Positions 7,366 through 17,604 are shown, counted from the first letter of the stretch. The stretch is 64,000 nucleotides of DNA from an uncultured archaeon (GCA_964458565.1 CAYWJO010000003.1:64001-128000), one strand, 5' to 3'. The notes: a model not told the origin generated them from the sequence alone. A program made the numbers and translations.

Positions 7366-9030
7366 CTAGGCTAACGCAGCTCCACACTCTGGACAGAATT
7401 TCGAGGCTGTACCAATGTCCGCCTTGCATGCAGGGCATCGACCAACAAGGGTCGTGAACATAGGAACTAACGAATCTCTCACTCCTTCAACGAGAAGTTG
7501 GCGTGTCCAAATCACATCTATTCCTTTTTTGAATAGCTTCATTGATTCAGGATTCTGGAAAGAATTACCAGCGAGAAGCACTTTTTCATACGATGTTTTG
7601 AACGCTGGATTATCCTTCAATAATTTCTTGACAGTTTTTTGTAACATAGAATCAAGCTCAGCATCGAGCGGCTGATATTCATATGGTAAAGACAAACGAT
7701 CTTCTGGTATTATGATAGGAGGTATAATTAGAGGGGGTCCTTTGTTGTAGGTAACAACATATGTCTTAATGTTTAACTGAGTCAGAGGTGCTAGACCCTT
7801 TATCGCATCATTTTCCAAAGTCAGATAACGAATGCGTTCGAGTTCCTTTCTTAGATCATCAACTCTGACACCTACTACTTTTTCCATCTTTGTTACGGAT
7901 TCTGTAACAGCTTTCTTCAATTTCTCAAACTCGATCTTCCTCTGCGTGATTTCTTCATTCAAATCAGAGAGGGCAGTAAGATGTTCAGCTATTTGCTCTT
8001 CGGTAGATACTTCTTCTTGACGAATATTATCGTCAAGATCATTATCAAGATCTATTGCTTGTTGGAGAGAGTTCTCTGCCAAATCATCCATACTATTGGT
8101 GACATCATCAAAACGAGACTGAATATCTCGAAGGTCCTCCACAAGTAATCTGTATCGCTCAACTGCGGTTTGGATGTCCATTTCGCCTTCTGCGAGATCA
8201 GTTCTTAGAATTTTGGTCTGTTCGATAGCTTCAGAGAAGAAACGCTCGATATCAACAAGCTCCCTACCGAATTTGGTTACAATGGTTTTTTCATCTTTCC
8301 TTCTTCGGTCTCGTAGTCTGTATGTCTTATCTGAAAGGCGATCCTTTAATCGGTCAACTTTTGCATCGGTATTTGTTTGCTGGACTTGATATCGTTTCTC
8401 AAGTCGACTGATTTCAGATGAAATCACGTTATCTAAGATACGTAGTTGGTCAGTTAGACGGTCATGCGCTATTGTTTGCAATTCCTCTATGTTACTTAGT
8501 CGGTTTTGCGCATCTTCTACAATGCATTGAAACTCCTCACTTGTGGATAAGGAACTTTGAGAATCTATCTTCATCTCAGGTATATTCAATTCTATGTTAG
8601 GTTCTATTTGCGTATAGCAGCTCGCAAGGCGAACGAAAATCTCAGGCTCTCTGAGATTATGAATGTGATGCTCCTTCTGCTCAATATCATTTACCAGAGG
8701 AAGCGCCTTAGCAACAGCATCAGGAATGTCCTCAGAATTCATGATTTCCTTGGTGAGAATGCGCCTTATTGGACCAAGCGCTTTGCTTTCACTGACTGAT
8801 ATTTTGGTGGAGTCATCTCCAATACTGGAGAGTACAATGGATCTTGAATCTGACACTTGAATAATCCAGAAGGGAAATGAAACGGCCGTAAGATGCGTGA
8901 TTTTTGCTTTCCCCTTTCTATTGGACTCAGCTAGAATGAAGGCCATCGCAAGTCCTATTTCATCAGACTCAAGTTCAAACTCTTTACCTTTCTGTCGATA
9001 GACAAATTCGAGAGCGATGCGTCGGACCAT
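7366..9030 (-). CDS. Long coiled-coil protein with C-terminal Zn ribbon, function unknown
   Basis: About 280 aa of heptad-rich helix between beta-rich N- and C-terminal segments; CPAC...CPEC at the end; no Walker motifs. Confidence 0.7.
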   Translation of the reverse strand: MVRRIALEFVYRQKGKEFELESDEIGLAMAFILAESNRKGKAKITHLTAVSFPFWIIQVSDSRSIVLSSIGDDSTKISVSESKALGPIRRILTKEIMNSEDIPDAVAKALPLVNDIEQKEHHIHNLREPEIFVRLASCYTQIEPNIELNIPEMKIDSQSSLSTSEEFQCIVEDAQNRLSNIEELQTIAHDRLTDQLRILDNVISSEISRLEKRYQVQQTNTDAKVDRLKDRLSDKTYRLRDRRRKDEKTIVTKFGRELVDIERFFSEAIEQTKILRTDLAEGEMDIQTAVERYRLLVEDLRDIQSRFDDVTNSMDDLAENSLQQAIDLDNDLDDNIRQEEVSTEEQIAEHLTALSDLNEEITQRKIEFEKLKKAVTESVTKMEKVVGVRVDDLRKELERIRYLTLENDAIKGLAPLTQLNIKTYVVTYNKGPPLIIPPIIIPEDRLSLPYEYQPLDAELDSMLQKTVKKLLKDNPAFKTSYEKVLLAGNSFQNPESMKLFKKGIDVIWTRQLLVEGVRDSLVPMFTTLVGRCPACKADIGTASKFCPECGAALA

Positions 9031-9230
9031 TATGAAATCACCTTAGAATGAAAACATCGAGATTCTAGGGTTAATTACGTTTGTTGTGCTATCCTCCCAA
9101 GGAGAACAAGATTCCTGCAGACAGGGAAGGATTTATCTTATCATTTCTGAGCGGTGTTACGATTTCTATTTGAGATTTAGAATGAAACTCATACACGAAA
9201 TTGAATCAATTACACCAGAGGAGGACGCAA

Positions 9231-10934
9231 ATGGCAAATCCAATGAACCCACTCATAGTACAATCAGATAAATCAGTCCTATTGGAAGTTGACAACCCAA
9301 GGTATGAAGAAGCGCGAGATTCTCTAGCAAGATTTGCTGAGCTCGTAAAGAGCCCAGAGTACGTCCATACCTATCGTGTTACTCCACTCAGTCTCTGGAA
9401 TGCAGCAGCTCTTGGAATTACAGCTAGAGAAGTTATTGATTCATTGGAAGAATTTGCCAAATATCCAATCCCTAGTAATATCTCAAGAGAGATTATTGAT
9501 TATATGACTAGGTTCGGTCAGATCACTCTGCTCAAGGAAGGATCTGATTTGATACTTGAATGCGACAATGAAGACCTAGCCTCTGAAATTTGGCAAAGCA
9601 AGAAAGTAAGAGAGCATCTTCAAGAACGAATTGATGAGAGGACATTCCTCGTTGAACCAGGTGAGAGGGGTTTTCTGAAACATGCATTAATAGAGATTGG
9701 ACACCCAGTCGAAGACCTTGCGGGTTACGTCGAGGGAGAACACTTACCCTTTGAGCTACGTGAAACAACTCTTGAAGGAAGACCATTCGCTCTGAGGAAA
9801 TATCAGGATGAGTCAGTCGCAACATTTCATGCAGGAGGCGGTGTGAAAGGTGGGTCGGGGGTTGTTGTTTTACCCTGCGGCGCAGGAAAGACGATGGTCG
9901 GAATTGGAGTGATGTACAAACTACAGACATCCACTGTCATCCTCTGTCCTAACACAGTTGCAGTGCGACAGTGGATTCATGAGATTCTTGATAAGACAAC
10001 GATTACTCCCGATCAAATTGGGGAGTATACTGGAGATTCAAAGAATGTCAGACCAATCACCGTTGCTACGTATCAAATTCTGACCTGGCGAAGATCAAAA
10101 GACGATCAGTTTGAGCATTTTGGTATCTTTGAAGAGAGAAACTGGGGATTGATTATTTACGATGAAGTGCATCTTCTACCAGCACCAGTGTTCAGAGCTA
10201 CAGCGAATATACAAGCTACAAGAAGACTAGGTCTGACGGCTACACTTGTTCGAGAGGATGAAAGGGAAGAGGATGTCTTCAGCCTTATAGGTCCCAAAAG
10301 ATTCGATATGCCTTGGAAGTTACTTGAGGATAAAGGGTGGATTGCCACAGCTATATGTTATGAGATTCGTGTAGAACTACCCGATAATATGAGAAGAAAA
10401 TATGCTCTTGCAGAAGATCGGAAGAAGTACAGAATTGCAGCTGAAAATCCAAAGAAGCTAGAGATAATCGAAACTCTTCTGAATTATCATGAAGCGGATA
10501 ATATTCTGGTAATTGGCATGTATATAGATCAGTTGCAGATAATCGCTGAGAAAATCAATGTACCTCTAATTACTGGCAAGACCAATAATGCTGAACGTCA
10601 ACGGCTCTATGAAGAGTTCCGAGAAGGCAGGATAAAGGTCCTCGTTGTATCCAAGGTTGCCAACTTTGCTCTAGACCTTCCTGATGCAAATGTAGCGATT
10701 CAAGTATCGGGTACATTTGGTTCACGTCAAGAAGAAGCACAACGACTTGGTAGAATTCTAAGACCGAAAACCGATGGAAGTTTTGCTAGATTCTATTCAG
10801 TGATCACAAAAGACACTAGAGATATGGATTTTGCAGCTAAACGACAGCTCTTCCTCACTGAACAAGGGTATCAGTATGTAATAGCTTCTGATGAGGAATA
10901 CATCTGGGAACGGGCACCTGAGAGTTTCTTCTAG
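9231..10934 (+). CDS. xpb: XPB/Ssl2/Rad25 SF2 DNA translocase with N-terminal XPB (Helicase_C_3-type) domain
   Basis: PLIVQSDKSVLLEV...SPEYVHTYRVTPLSLWNA N-terminal domain; LPCGAGKT; DEVH; GLTATLVRED (RED motif); GSRQEEAQRLGRILRPK. ATG 9231 after GAGGAGG. Confidence 0.95.
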   Translation: MANPMNPLIVQSDKSVLLEVDNPRYEEARDSLARFAELVKSPEYVHTYRVTPLSLWNAAALGITAREVIDSLEEFAKYPIPSNISREIIDYMTRFGQITLLKEGSDLILECDNEDLASEIWQSKKVREHLQERIDERTFLVEPGERGFLKHALIEIGHPVEDLAGYVEGEHLPFELRETTLEGRPFALRKYQDESVATFHAGGGVKGGSGVVVLPCGAGKTMVGIGVMYKLQTSTVILCPNTVAVRQWIHEILDKTTITPDQIGEYTGDSKNVRPITVATYQILTWRRSKDDQFEHFGIFEERNWGLIIYDEVHLLPAPVFRATANIQATRRLGLTATLVREDEREEDVFSLIGPKRFDMPWKLLEDKGWIATAICYEIRVELPDNMRRKYALAEDRKKYRIAAENPKKLEIIETLLNYHEADNILVIGMYIDQLQIIAEKINVPLITGKTNNAERQRLYEEFREGRIKVLVVSKVANFALDLPDANVAIQVSGTFGSRQEEAQRLGRILRPKTDGSFARFYSVITKDTRDMDFAAKRQLFLTEQGYQYVIASDEEYIWERAPESFF

Positions 10935-11956
10935 ATATTATGCAGTGGTTGATTTAGAAGATGAATCTTAGAATTTAGATATTCATTCATTTGACTAACC
11001 ACTTGCTTACTTGATAAGAATGATTCTACAATATTATGTTCTATCTGTATTAGACGCTCAACAGTCCAAGTAATGATAAAGAAGAGAGCAAGATTGCACA
11101 TATTCGAAAAATCAGATTCATCAATACCCAAAAGCATTGACTTCAAAACAGAAATTTGTTTTGATGTTTGTTCTGATTCCATCAAAATGTAAGCAAGGTC
11201 ATAGAGGGAATTTCCGAGTGCACACTCTTCGAAATCAAGAAATGTTATTTTATTACCTGAGAAAACGATGTTTCCCAGTTGAAAATCCCCATGCATCAAA
11301 TTCAAAGGCCAAGGGTTGGATACCTCTAGTAATGGATGCAATTTACAAGCAGCTGCATCCAATTTTTGTATTGCAGATTTAAGGACATCTGATATTGGAG
11401 GAAACTCAGATGTTGTAATGCCTAAGAAATCAATAACTGAGTCTAGAAATGTGGATGCCGAATAGAAAGAACGTATATTCATCGGTCGAATTTTAGATAA
11501 CTGTGTTCTACTACTGATTAGAACATCAAGCTCTGCTTTAGATAGTTCGGAAAGATTGGAATATTGATGTCCTTGGGCATATTTGTAAATTGCAAATGGA
11601 GTTTCCAGGTTATCACATATACGACCAAAGAAAATCGGTTCTGTAGAGAAACCAAAACGGAAAACTTCGTCTGCAATTGAGAAAGCATACTCATAGGGAT
11701 TTGTAGAAAATTCCCGCATTACAGCAGGGAGTTTCACAACAAAATCGGAGGAATCATTTGATGCAAGGAGATTGATACTTGTCCAACCTCCAATGGAAAT
11801 TGGTTGTATCTTGATTTCTGCTATTTTACCACGTATGGATTCGTTAATCAATTCGTTGTATTTTTCGATAGGTTTGTTTCGAATGCTATCAATTTTATTG
11901 TAATTCAAGGTAGTCTTCCAAAGATTCCAAAGCACTTTAAGGATAATGCAAGTCAC
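10931..11956 (-). CDS. Aminoglycoside/choline kinase-like phosphotransferase
   Basis: FVVKLP, HGDFQLGNI, FLDFEEC...YDLA motifs; start uncertain. Confidence 0.75.
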   Translation of the reverse strand: MTCIILKVLWNLWKTTLNYNKIDSIRNKPIEKYNELINESIRGKIAEIKIQPISIGGWTSINLLASNDSSDFVVKLPAVMREFSTNPYEYAFSIADEVFRFGFSTEPIFFGRICDNLETPFAIYKYAQGHQYSNLSELSKAELDVLISSRTQLSKIRPMNIRSFYSASTFLDSVIDFLGITTSEFPPISDVLKSAIQKLDAAACKLHPLLEVSNPWPLNLMHGDFQLGNIVFSGNKITFLDFEECALGNSLYDLAYILMESEQTSKQISVLKSMLLGIDESDFSNMCNLALFFIITWTVERLIQIEHNIVESFLSSKQVVSQMNEYLNSKIHLLNQPLHNI

Positions 11957-11964
11957 AATATCTT

Positions 11965-12252
11965 ATGAATGGAAAACATGTCTTGCTGATTCTTGCACAT
12001 CTATTTAGAAAAAAGGGAGGGAGTATAGCAATTGATAATGCCGTAGAGTATCTCTCTTTTCGGTGCAGGTATGGAACACCCAGCAATATACGGAGACTCT
12101 TATTTTTAGGACTTCAGAATGAAATGATCTCAAAAGATAATGATTTGATAAACGCGGAATTTCTGTATGATAAACAAGAGATATCGCCAAACATCATACA
12201 AATACTGCATGAGAAAGTCTTTCTCGATAAGAATGTGGAAGAGTTACTTTAA
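11965..12252 (+). CDS. Small winged-helix protein, DUF2240-like
   Basis: LFRKKG...LSF...P....L......I......I.AEF pattern resembles archaeal DUF2240. Confidence 0.55.
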   Translation: MNGKHVLLILAHLFRKKGGSIAIDNAVEYLSFRCRYGTPSNIRRLLFLGLQNEMISKDNDLINAEFLYDKQEISPNIIQILHEKVFLDKNVEELL

Positions 12253-13376
12253 TTCTTGTCTATGGATACAATATTTCCTATTGATGCCAACAAGGCACTC
12301 AGTTGTATGAAAGGATTTCTTGTCTGGGTGATTCTAAAATCAATCTCTGCGATGCGATCCAGCAGTTGCTGTGTTTTTTCAGATGACAACGGTCTCAAAA
12401 GAATATCCTGTTGAATTGCCACAATCAGTTCATCAGAGGAGTGTCCACCAATAGTCAATAATGTTCTCATATCATCACGCGCTTTCAAGTACGCCCCCTT
12501 GATAGCAGCTGAAACGATGTTTCTTACACTCTCTTTGAAACTATCTCTTGTACTTTCATAGACAATGTCTTCAGTTATAACCTTCTTTCTAGCTGCGGAT
12601 ATCTGTAGAAGACCTAATGCATATCTCGCATCCCCAGAAGATTCTCTGGATAGAGCTTGGAGAGCTGCAACCTCAACCTCAACACTCTCTTTTTTCGCAA
12701 CTTCGATTATCAAGTTCTGAATTGCTTGATCATCCAAAGCAGGAAATCGTAAGACTAGGCTTCTTGAAATCACGGCTGGACTCCAGCCAGATACAGAATT
12801 TGTAATTAAGATAAAACGGCATGATTGGTTGTACAGTTCCATTGTTCTACGAAGTGCTTGCTGCATGTTGTTATCAAGTGCATCGGCTTCATCAAGAACA
12901 AGTAATTTCACACTTTCATCAGCTACAGTAATTGTAGATGCAAACAGTCTGATAGCAGTCTGCAAAAGCTGACTCTTATTCGGGTCTCTGCTGTGACCTT
13001 TGGCCTTCAATTCCGACTTTGCTTCATTATATACAACTGACATATATTCGTCTAGTTCGTCTCTTTCAGAACGAGAGAGTTTTGCAAGCTGTTGAACTGT
13101 ACGCTTTGCATCAGATATTGAGATATCACGAAGATCACATATATTTAGTAACTTGAAATTTGAATTATATGCAGAACCAAGGAACTCTCGTGAAAAGAGC
13201 TTAGCAGCTGCAGTCTTTCCTGTTCCTGGAGGTCCATAGAGAATCATATTAGGGCAAGTTTTTGATTTGACAAAGTTGGACAATTGGGAGATTGCTTTTT
13301 CTTGACCCTTGAAATCTGACCATTTTGTTGGGCGGTATTTCACACTCCAGAGAGCAGGTTCCACTATATTCACCAT
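12249..13376 (-). CDS. rfcS: Replication factor C small subunit paralogue with an insertion
   Basis: WSVKYRP, GPPGTGKT, LVLDEADAL...QQALRRTME, GDAR..L, C-terminal collar (AEIDFRI...IQLSALLA). Confidence 0.85.
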   Translation of the reverse strand: MVNIVEPALWSVKYRPTKWSDFKGQEKAISQLSNFVKSKTCPNMILYGPPGTGKTAAAKLFSREFLGSAYNSNFKLLNICDLRDISISDAKRTVQQLAKLSRSERDELDEYMSVVYNEAKSELKAKGHSRDPNKSQLLQTAIRLFASTITVADESVKLLVLDEADALDNNMQQALRRTMELYNQSCRFILITNSVSGWSPAVISRSLVLRFPALDDQAIQNLIIEVAKKESVEVEVAALQALSRESSGDARYALGLLQISAARKKVITEDIVYESTRDSFKESVRNIVSAAIKGAYLKARDDMRTLLTIGGHSSDELIVAIQQDILLRPLSSEKTQQLLDRIAEIDFRITQTRNPFIQLSALLASIGNIVSIDKN

Positions 13377-13518
13377 CTCTAAAATTAATTAATAGCTCAG
13401 GCTGATAAGCTTGTTCCTAAATTATACGACATACCTTGTGGTACACTACCGCAATTGTCTTATACGATGAATCTAGCGACGCTTGTTTATTGAAGGCGTT
13501 TCTTGGAGCAGGATAGAG

Positions 13519-15237
13519 ATGTCAACCGATACTCTTGATAAAGAACTTGAGCACATGTTTAGAGAAGACCTGTTGGTTGCCTGTCAATATTGGGACATAG
13601 ATGTTAGCACAAGCAAATCAGGAACGCAGCTCACAGAGCTTCTATCAAAGAGGATGAAAGATAAAAAAGCTCGCGAAACCATTTTTGCTACTTTTACACC
13701 GGGAGAGAAGGATCTTCTAGGTATGCTGACCTTGAATGGTGGTGCTTTATCATATGATAGACTTAAACCATACAGGAAGATATACAGCTATGGACAATTG
13801 AATCAGACAGAACGAGATTTGAGAAAGAAAGGACTGATCATAAGACGAATGCAGTCAAGGTTGACTGAATTTGGAAGAGAAGTTGCTGAATTCAAAATTA
13901 TTGATTTTTTCGTACCACATCTTCGTGAATATTTCACAAGAAAACCTGAACCGAATCCAGAACCTCCAAGAAAAATCAGAAAATATGTGAATGAGCGAGA
14001 TTCACTACTTGTTGACATGCTTTTGCTAGTTTCATATCTTGCTAAGAATGAAGTAAATATGACAAGTAGTTGGGAGTTTCCAAAAAGAGAGATTGATCAT
14101 ATCAAGGAAGCAATGTCAGAACCAAGTGAGGAAAGATTCGAACTCGTTCAGAAATTCGCTAGAAAAGCTGGAGTCTACACAATTGTCGAAGAAGACAGAG
14201 TCGTTCCATCAAAGATTGATAATCTATTTGCCGGAAAGCGAGATCAAGTGGTCAAGCGAATCCTTCTTACTCAATTGGGACGAACCCGTGCAATATGGGC
14301 GACACCAGACCAACCAACTGAATACACACTCAATTTGTCAATCTGTCGTCTAAGAGAAAGTAATCAAGAAGAGTGGATAGATATTGAACAGATGAGAGAC
14401 TGGATTAGAACCGAACTCTTCATTGAAAATGAGCCATTGAAATGGATTCAAGTTGATGATGAACGGGTAAGAATGGCATTAGAAACCCCATTACTTCTAG
14501 GACTTATTGAAGGTGCATTCAAGGGTAAGAAGTTGTTAGCAGTTAAACTTACAGATATTGGGGAGGTAGTCCTAGCCAAATCGGAGTTATCAGGTGTTTC
14601 GCATCAAGACACCTTCTTTGTACAACCTAATTTCGAATTAACAGTATTTACGAGTGAGATGGACTATTCTAAACTCTACAAATTGATGCTTTTCACAAGC
14701 CCAGTCAAGACTGATGTCGTTAGTACATTTCGAATAACAGACAAATCCATCTTTCAAGCAATAGAGATTGGACTCAGAGAAAGTGATATACTCACCTTCC
14801 TAGAAAAAGAAAGTAGCAAACCTGTACCCGCCAATGTTGTGAGGTCCATTAATGATTGGACATCACAGACTACCTTCGCCACATTATCGAATGTTCAATT
14901 ATTTGAAACCGAAACCGAAAAAGACATGGAAAATCTCCTGTTGATACCAGACTTCTGTAAATATGTTGAGAGACGAATAGGACCGACAGCTGTCGTTTTG
15001 TCGGGAGAGCCTGAAGCAATAACTGAAAATTTGAGAGATCACAAGATCAATATCAAAGAAGTTGGGCAGAAGGCATTAGAGAGTGAATCTCCCCCTAGTA
15101 CGGTAATAACAGATCAGGTTTTACTCGTAGGTGAGGATATCGGAGATATTCCTGAAGCATGTGTTGGTTGTCCCGCAGTCCATTCGTGTAACAGGGTAGT
15201 ACGAAGAAAGGCTGAAGCGAAAAGAGGAACTGCATAA
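13519..15237 (+). CDS. Helicase-associated (Helicase_C_3-type) protein, p52/Tfb2-like XPB partner
   Basis: FFVQPNFELTVF...FRITDKSIFQAIEIGLRESDILTFLEKESSKPVPANVVRSINDW resembles the XPB N-terminal/p52 domain; N-terminal winged helices; C-terminal CVGCPAVHSC. Confidence 0.8.
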   Translation: MSTDTLDKELEHMFREDLLVACQYWDIDVSTSKSGTQLTELLSKRMKDKKARETIFATFTPGEKDLLGMLTLNGGALSYDRLKPYRKIYSYGQLNQTERDLRKKGLIIRRMQSRLTEFGREVAEFKIIDFFVPHLREYFTRKPEPNPEPPRKIRKYVNERDSLLVDMLLLVSYLAKNEVNMTSSWEFPKREIDHIKEAMSEPSEERFELVQKFARKAGVYTIVEEDRVVPSKIDNLFAGKRDQVVKRILLTQLGRTRAIWATPDQPTEYTLNLSICRLRESNQEEWIDIEQMRDWIRTELFIENEPLKWIQVDDERVRMALETPLLLGLIEGAFKGKKLLAVKLTDIGEVVLAKSELSGVSHQDTFFVQPNFELTVFTSEMDYSKLYKLMLFTSPVKTDVVSTFRITDKSIFQAIEIGLRESDILTFLEKESSKPVPANVVRSINDWTSQTTFATLSNVQLFETETEKDMENLLLIPDFCKYVERRIGPTAVVLSGEPEAITENLRDHKINIKEVGQKALESESPPSTVITDQVLLVGEDIGDIPEACVGCPAVHSCNRVVRRKAEAKRGTA

Positions 15238-16277
15238 TGTCAAATTCTCTACTTCCTGAGAGATTAGTAGGTCAGTTTTTTGGTGTGGGAAGTCTTGGGG
15301 AAAAAGACCCAGAAACACCAATAGAATACATCAAAAAACTTCCAATTCCGTATGCATTTCAAGTGACATATCTTCATGAAGAAGATATGATTAGGCAATT
15401 CGGATATCTGATTGATGGATTCGAAGAGGAAGGAGATTTTCTGATAGACATCGATCTTCACGAGTATAGATCGATAACGGAATCAAGCGATGGTTTCTTG
15501 CCAGATATGAATCATGCGCACAGCTTCTATTTGCTAATAGACGGAACAGCATATCAATATTTCAAGACTCAACAGACGGCACCAATTACGATGTGTTATA
15601 GTACAAGAGCTAGGGATGGAAAACAGCATCTGACTCGAACTATGTTCCATCTGTATGTGAGTCTGATGAAACGAATCGCCAAGGGGCAAATAGAGCATAT
15701 GCAGAGTTCCTGTGAAAATATTATTCTTTGTCAGGATGACCCTGCACTTGGTCTAGTATTAGAGAAAATGGGACGAGATGAAGTTCCTGATTTGACTCTC
15801 AAAGACATCGTTAAAACAACTGATACAATTTATCCTAAGGAAGTGATTCCCGCATATCATTACTGTGATGATTGGCGGAAACTGGATATTGATGGAGTAC
15901 ATACACTTTGGGACGCCCCAGCCAAAATCGCTCATATCGATCTTGTTAATTATCCACCAATAATAGAGATAGAGCAAGCTGAAAAACTTAATCGATTTCT
16001 TGAAACAGGAGGAGCATTAGCTCTGGGAGTTCTACCAAATGTAGATGATAGTTACTCTGAATCAGTTGCATCAACTTTAGAAAGAAATCTCATGAATGCA
16101 ATCAATTCATTCCAGCAAAGTGGAGTTAGTATCGAACTTCTGAATCGTAACTCCTTGGTATCAACACAATGCGGTCTTTCACGTGCAAGTATAAAACTAA
16201 CACGAGAAATTCACGAAACGCTTCTTGGGTCCCGAAAAATCTTCGAACGTGTAATGGAGAATGCAGGTGCGTCCTAA
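15237..16277 (+). CDS. Cobalamin-independent methionine synthase (MetE C-terminal)/UROD-like barrel protein
   Basis: GVGSL start, QDDPAL, HYC, LGVLP and STQCGL (compare MetE PDCGL). TAATG overlap with the upstream gene. Confidence 0.6.
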   Translation: MSNSLLPERLVGQFFGVGSLGEKDPETPIEYIKKLPIPYAFQVTYLHEEDMIRQFGYLIDGFEEEGDFLIDIDLHEYRSITESSDGFLPDMNHAHSFYLLIDGTAYQYFKTQQTAPITMCYSTRARDGKQHLTRTMFHLYVSLMKRIAKGQIEHMQSSCENIILCQDDPALGLVLEKMGRDEVPDLTLKDIVKTTDTIYPKEVIPAYHYCDDWRKLDIDGVHTLWDAPAKIAHIDLVNYPPIIEIEQAEKLNRFLETGGALALGVLPNVDDSYSESVASTLERNLMNAINSFQQSGVSIELLNRNSLVSTQCGLSRASIKLTREIHETLLGSRKIFERVMENAGAS

Positions 16278-16357
16278 ACGATAATTATCTATTCCAAGAA
16301 GATATGCTTAAGTGCGTGTTACTTTGAGATGCGTTCAGTTTCAACAAGGTGTTTACC

Positions 16358-17209
16358 ATGGGAGAAGCCGAATCAGAACCCGGTGCTGTAATGGAATTCA
16401 TCCAAGACTATCGCTTCAAGATGCTCATTCCTGAGCTACTTGTTGTATTTGCCCTGTGGTATCTAGTTCCAGAATCATTAACTCAAAATGTCTATGATTT
16501 AGTGCTTGGAGATCTACTTGGACCATTAACATTCATACTTCAGCCACTATTTTTCTTGCCGAGTGGTGTGCTTGCGTTTATTACTGCATTCGTTTTACAT
16601 GGCATCTATCCTTTAGATAACTATCACGAAGGGAAGATACCAGATTTACCAAAAGCTGCAGTAATAATGATTGCAATTTCATTCATCCTACTTCCTCTTC
16701 TTGTTCTTATGCAAATGATTGGTTACTATATGACGGAAGCTACTGAATACATTAGTAGAAATCCATTATGGGAGAGAGTGGAAAGTGTTGGAGATCTATT
16801 CTTCTATGCAGGAGCGGTTTTCTTTGTGGGTCTGCAATGGTGGCTCCTAATACCGGTATTCTTCCTTAGCCAAGCAGTTGATGGAATTCATAAAATAGCT
16901 CATCATGAAACAGCACACGAAGGAATTACGGCATTTTTCTATTTCCTTTGGCCAATAACAATGCCCCTTTTCTTCGATCCAATTGAGATCATGGCGATGG
17001 CAGCTCTCTCAATACCTGCATTTGCATTTTATAGTTACATCAGGCCATACTATACATATGTGACAGCAGTGCACACATTATCATTCGCGTTGCTTGTTCT
17101 TGGCACTATGATAATTGCAATGGCAGGTATATCCATGCCTTTACTAAAATATTGGGTACCTGGAGCAATTCCTGGAGGAAGACCTCCTGTTCCGGCTCCT
17201 AGGTGGTGA
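16358..17209 (+). CDS. Polytopic membrane protein, function unknown
   Basis: About 7-8 hydrophobic segments; ATG 16358 after AAGGTG. Confidence 0.7.
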   Translation: MGEAESEPGAVMEFIQDYRFKMLIPELLVVFALWYLVPESLTQNVYDLVLGDLLGPLTFILQPLFFLPSGVLAFITAFVLHGIYPLDNYHEGKIPDLPKAAVIMIAISFILLPLLVLMQMIGYYMTEATEYISRNPLWERVESVGDLFFYAGAVFFVGLQWWLLIPVFFLSQAVDGIHKIAHHETAHEGITAFFYFLWPITMPLFFDPIEIMAMAALSIPAFAFYSYIRPYYTYVTAVHTLSFALLVLGTMIIAMAGISMPLLKYWVPGAIPGGRPPVPAPRW

Positions 17210-17219
17210 GGTGGTTAAA

Positions 17220-17546
17220 ATGAGTAATTGGACAAATAAATGGGTCATAATGCTTTTGTTGGGAATTATAATTCAGACTGTTATCTATCCGGCAATTTTC
17301 ATCATGGGCACTTTTGTAGGTTCACCTTCATACGATTACATGTTTAGTGTGTTCCTAATTGGAATGGTATCCATCATAATACAAATCATCGGCTTTGCAG
17401 TAATTATGAATCAGACAAAGGATACAGATCCAGCTCTATATAGCCAGGGTCGACCATTCCGCCATAAACTTCGTGAGGAAGACGAAGTCCCAGCCACAAG
17501 AAAACCAACCTTTGACGGCACCGACCAGTCAGTTTACGAGGAATAG
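17220..17546 (+). CDS. Small 2-TM membrane protein
   Basis: Two TM helices and a charged tail; GAGGTG RBS. Confidence 0.65.
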   Translation: MSNWTNKWVIMLLLGIIIQTVIYPAIFIMGTFVGSPSYDYMFSVFLIGMVSIIIQIIGFAVIMNQTKDTDPALYSQGRPFRHKLREEDEVPATRKPTFDGTDQSVYEE

Positions 17547-17558
17547 CAGTAGATTTTC

Positions 17559-17584
17559 AGAGGAGGTTTCAATTGATCTCCTCT
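17559..17584. terminator. Hairpin between convergent genes
   Basis: AGAGGAG...CTCCTCT inverted repeat. Confidence 0.5.
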
Positions 17585-17604
17585 AAATCACTCAAGTGAT
17601 ATTA

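Noticed and set aside
7366-9030. SMC/Rad50 assignment
   Set aside because: No Walker A/B or signature motif.
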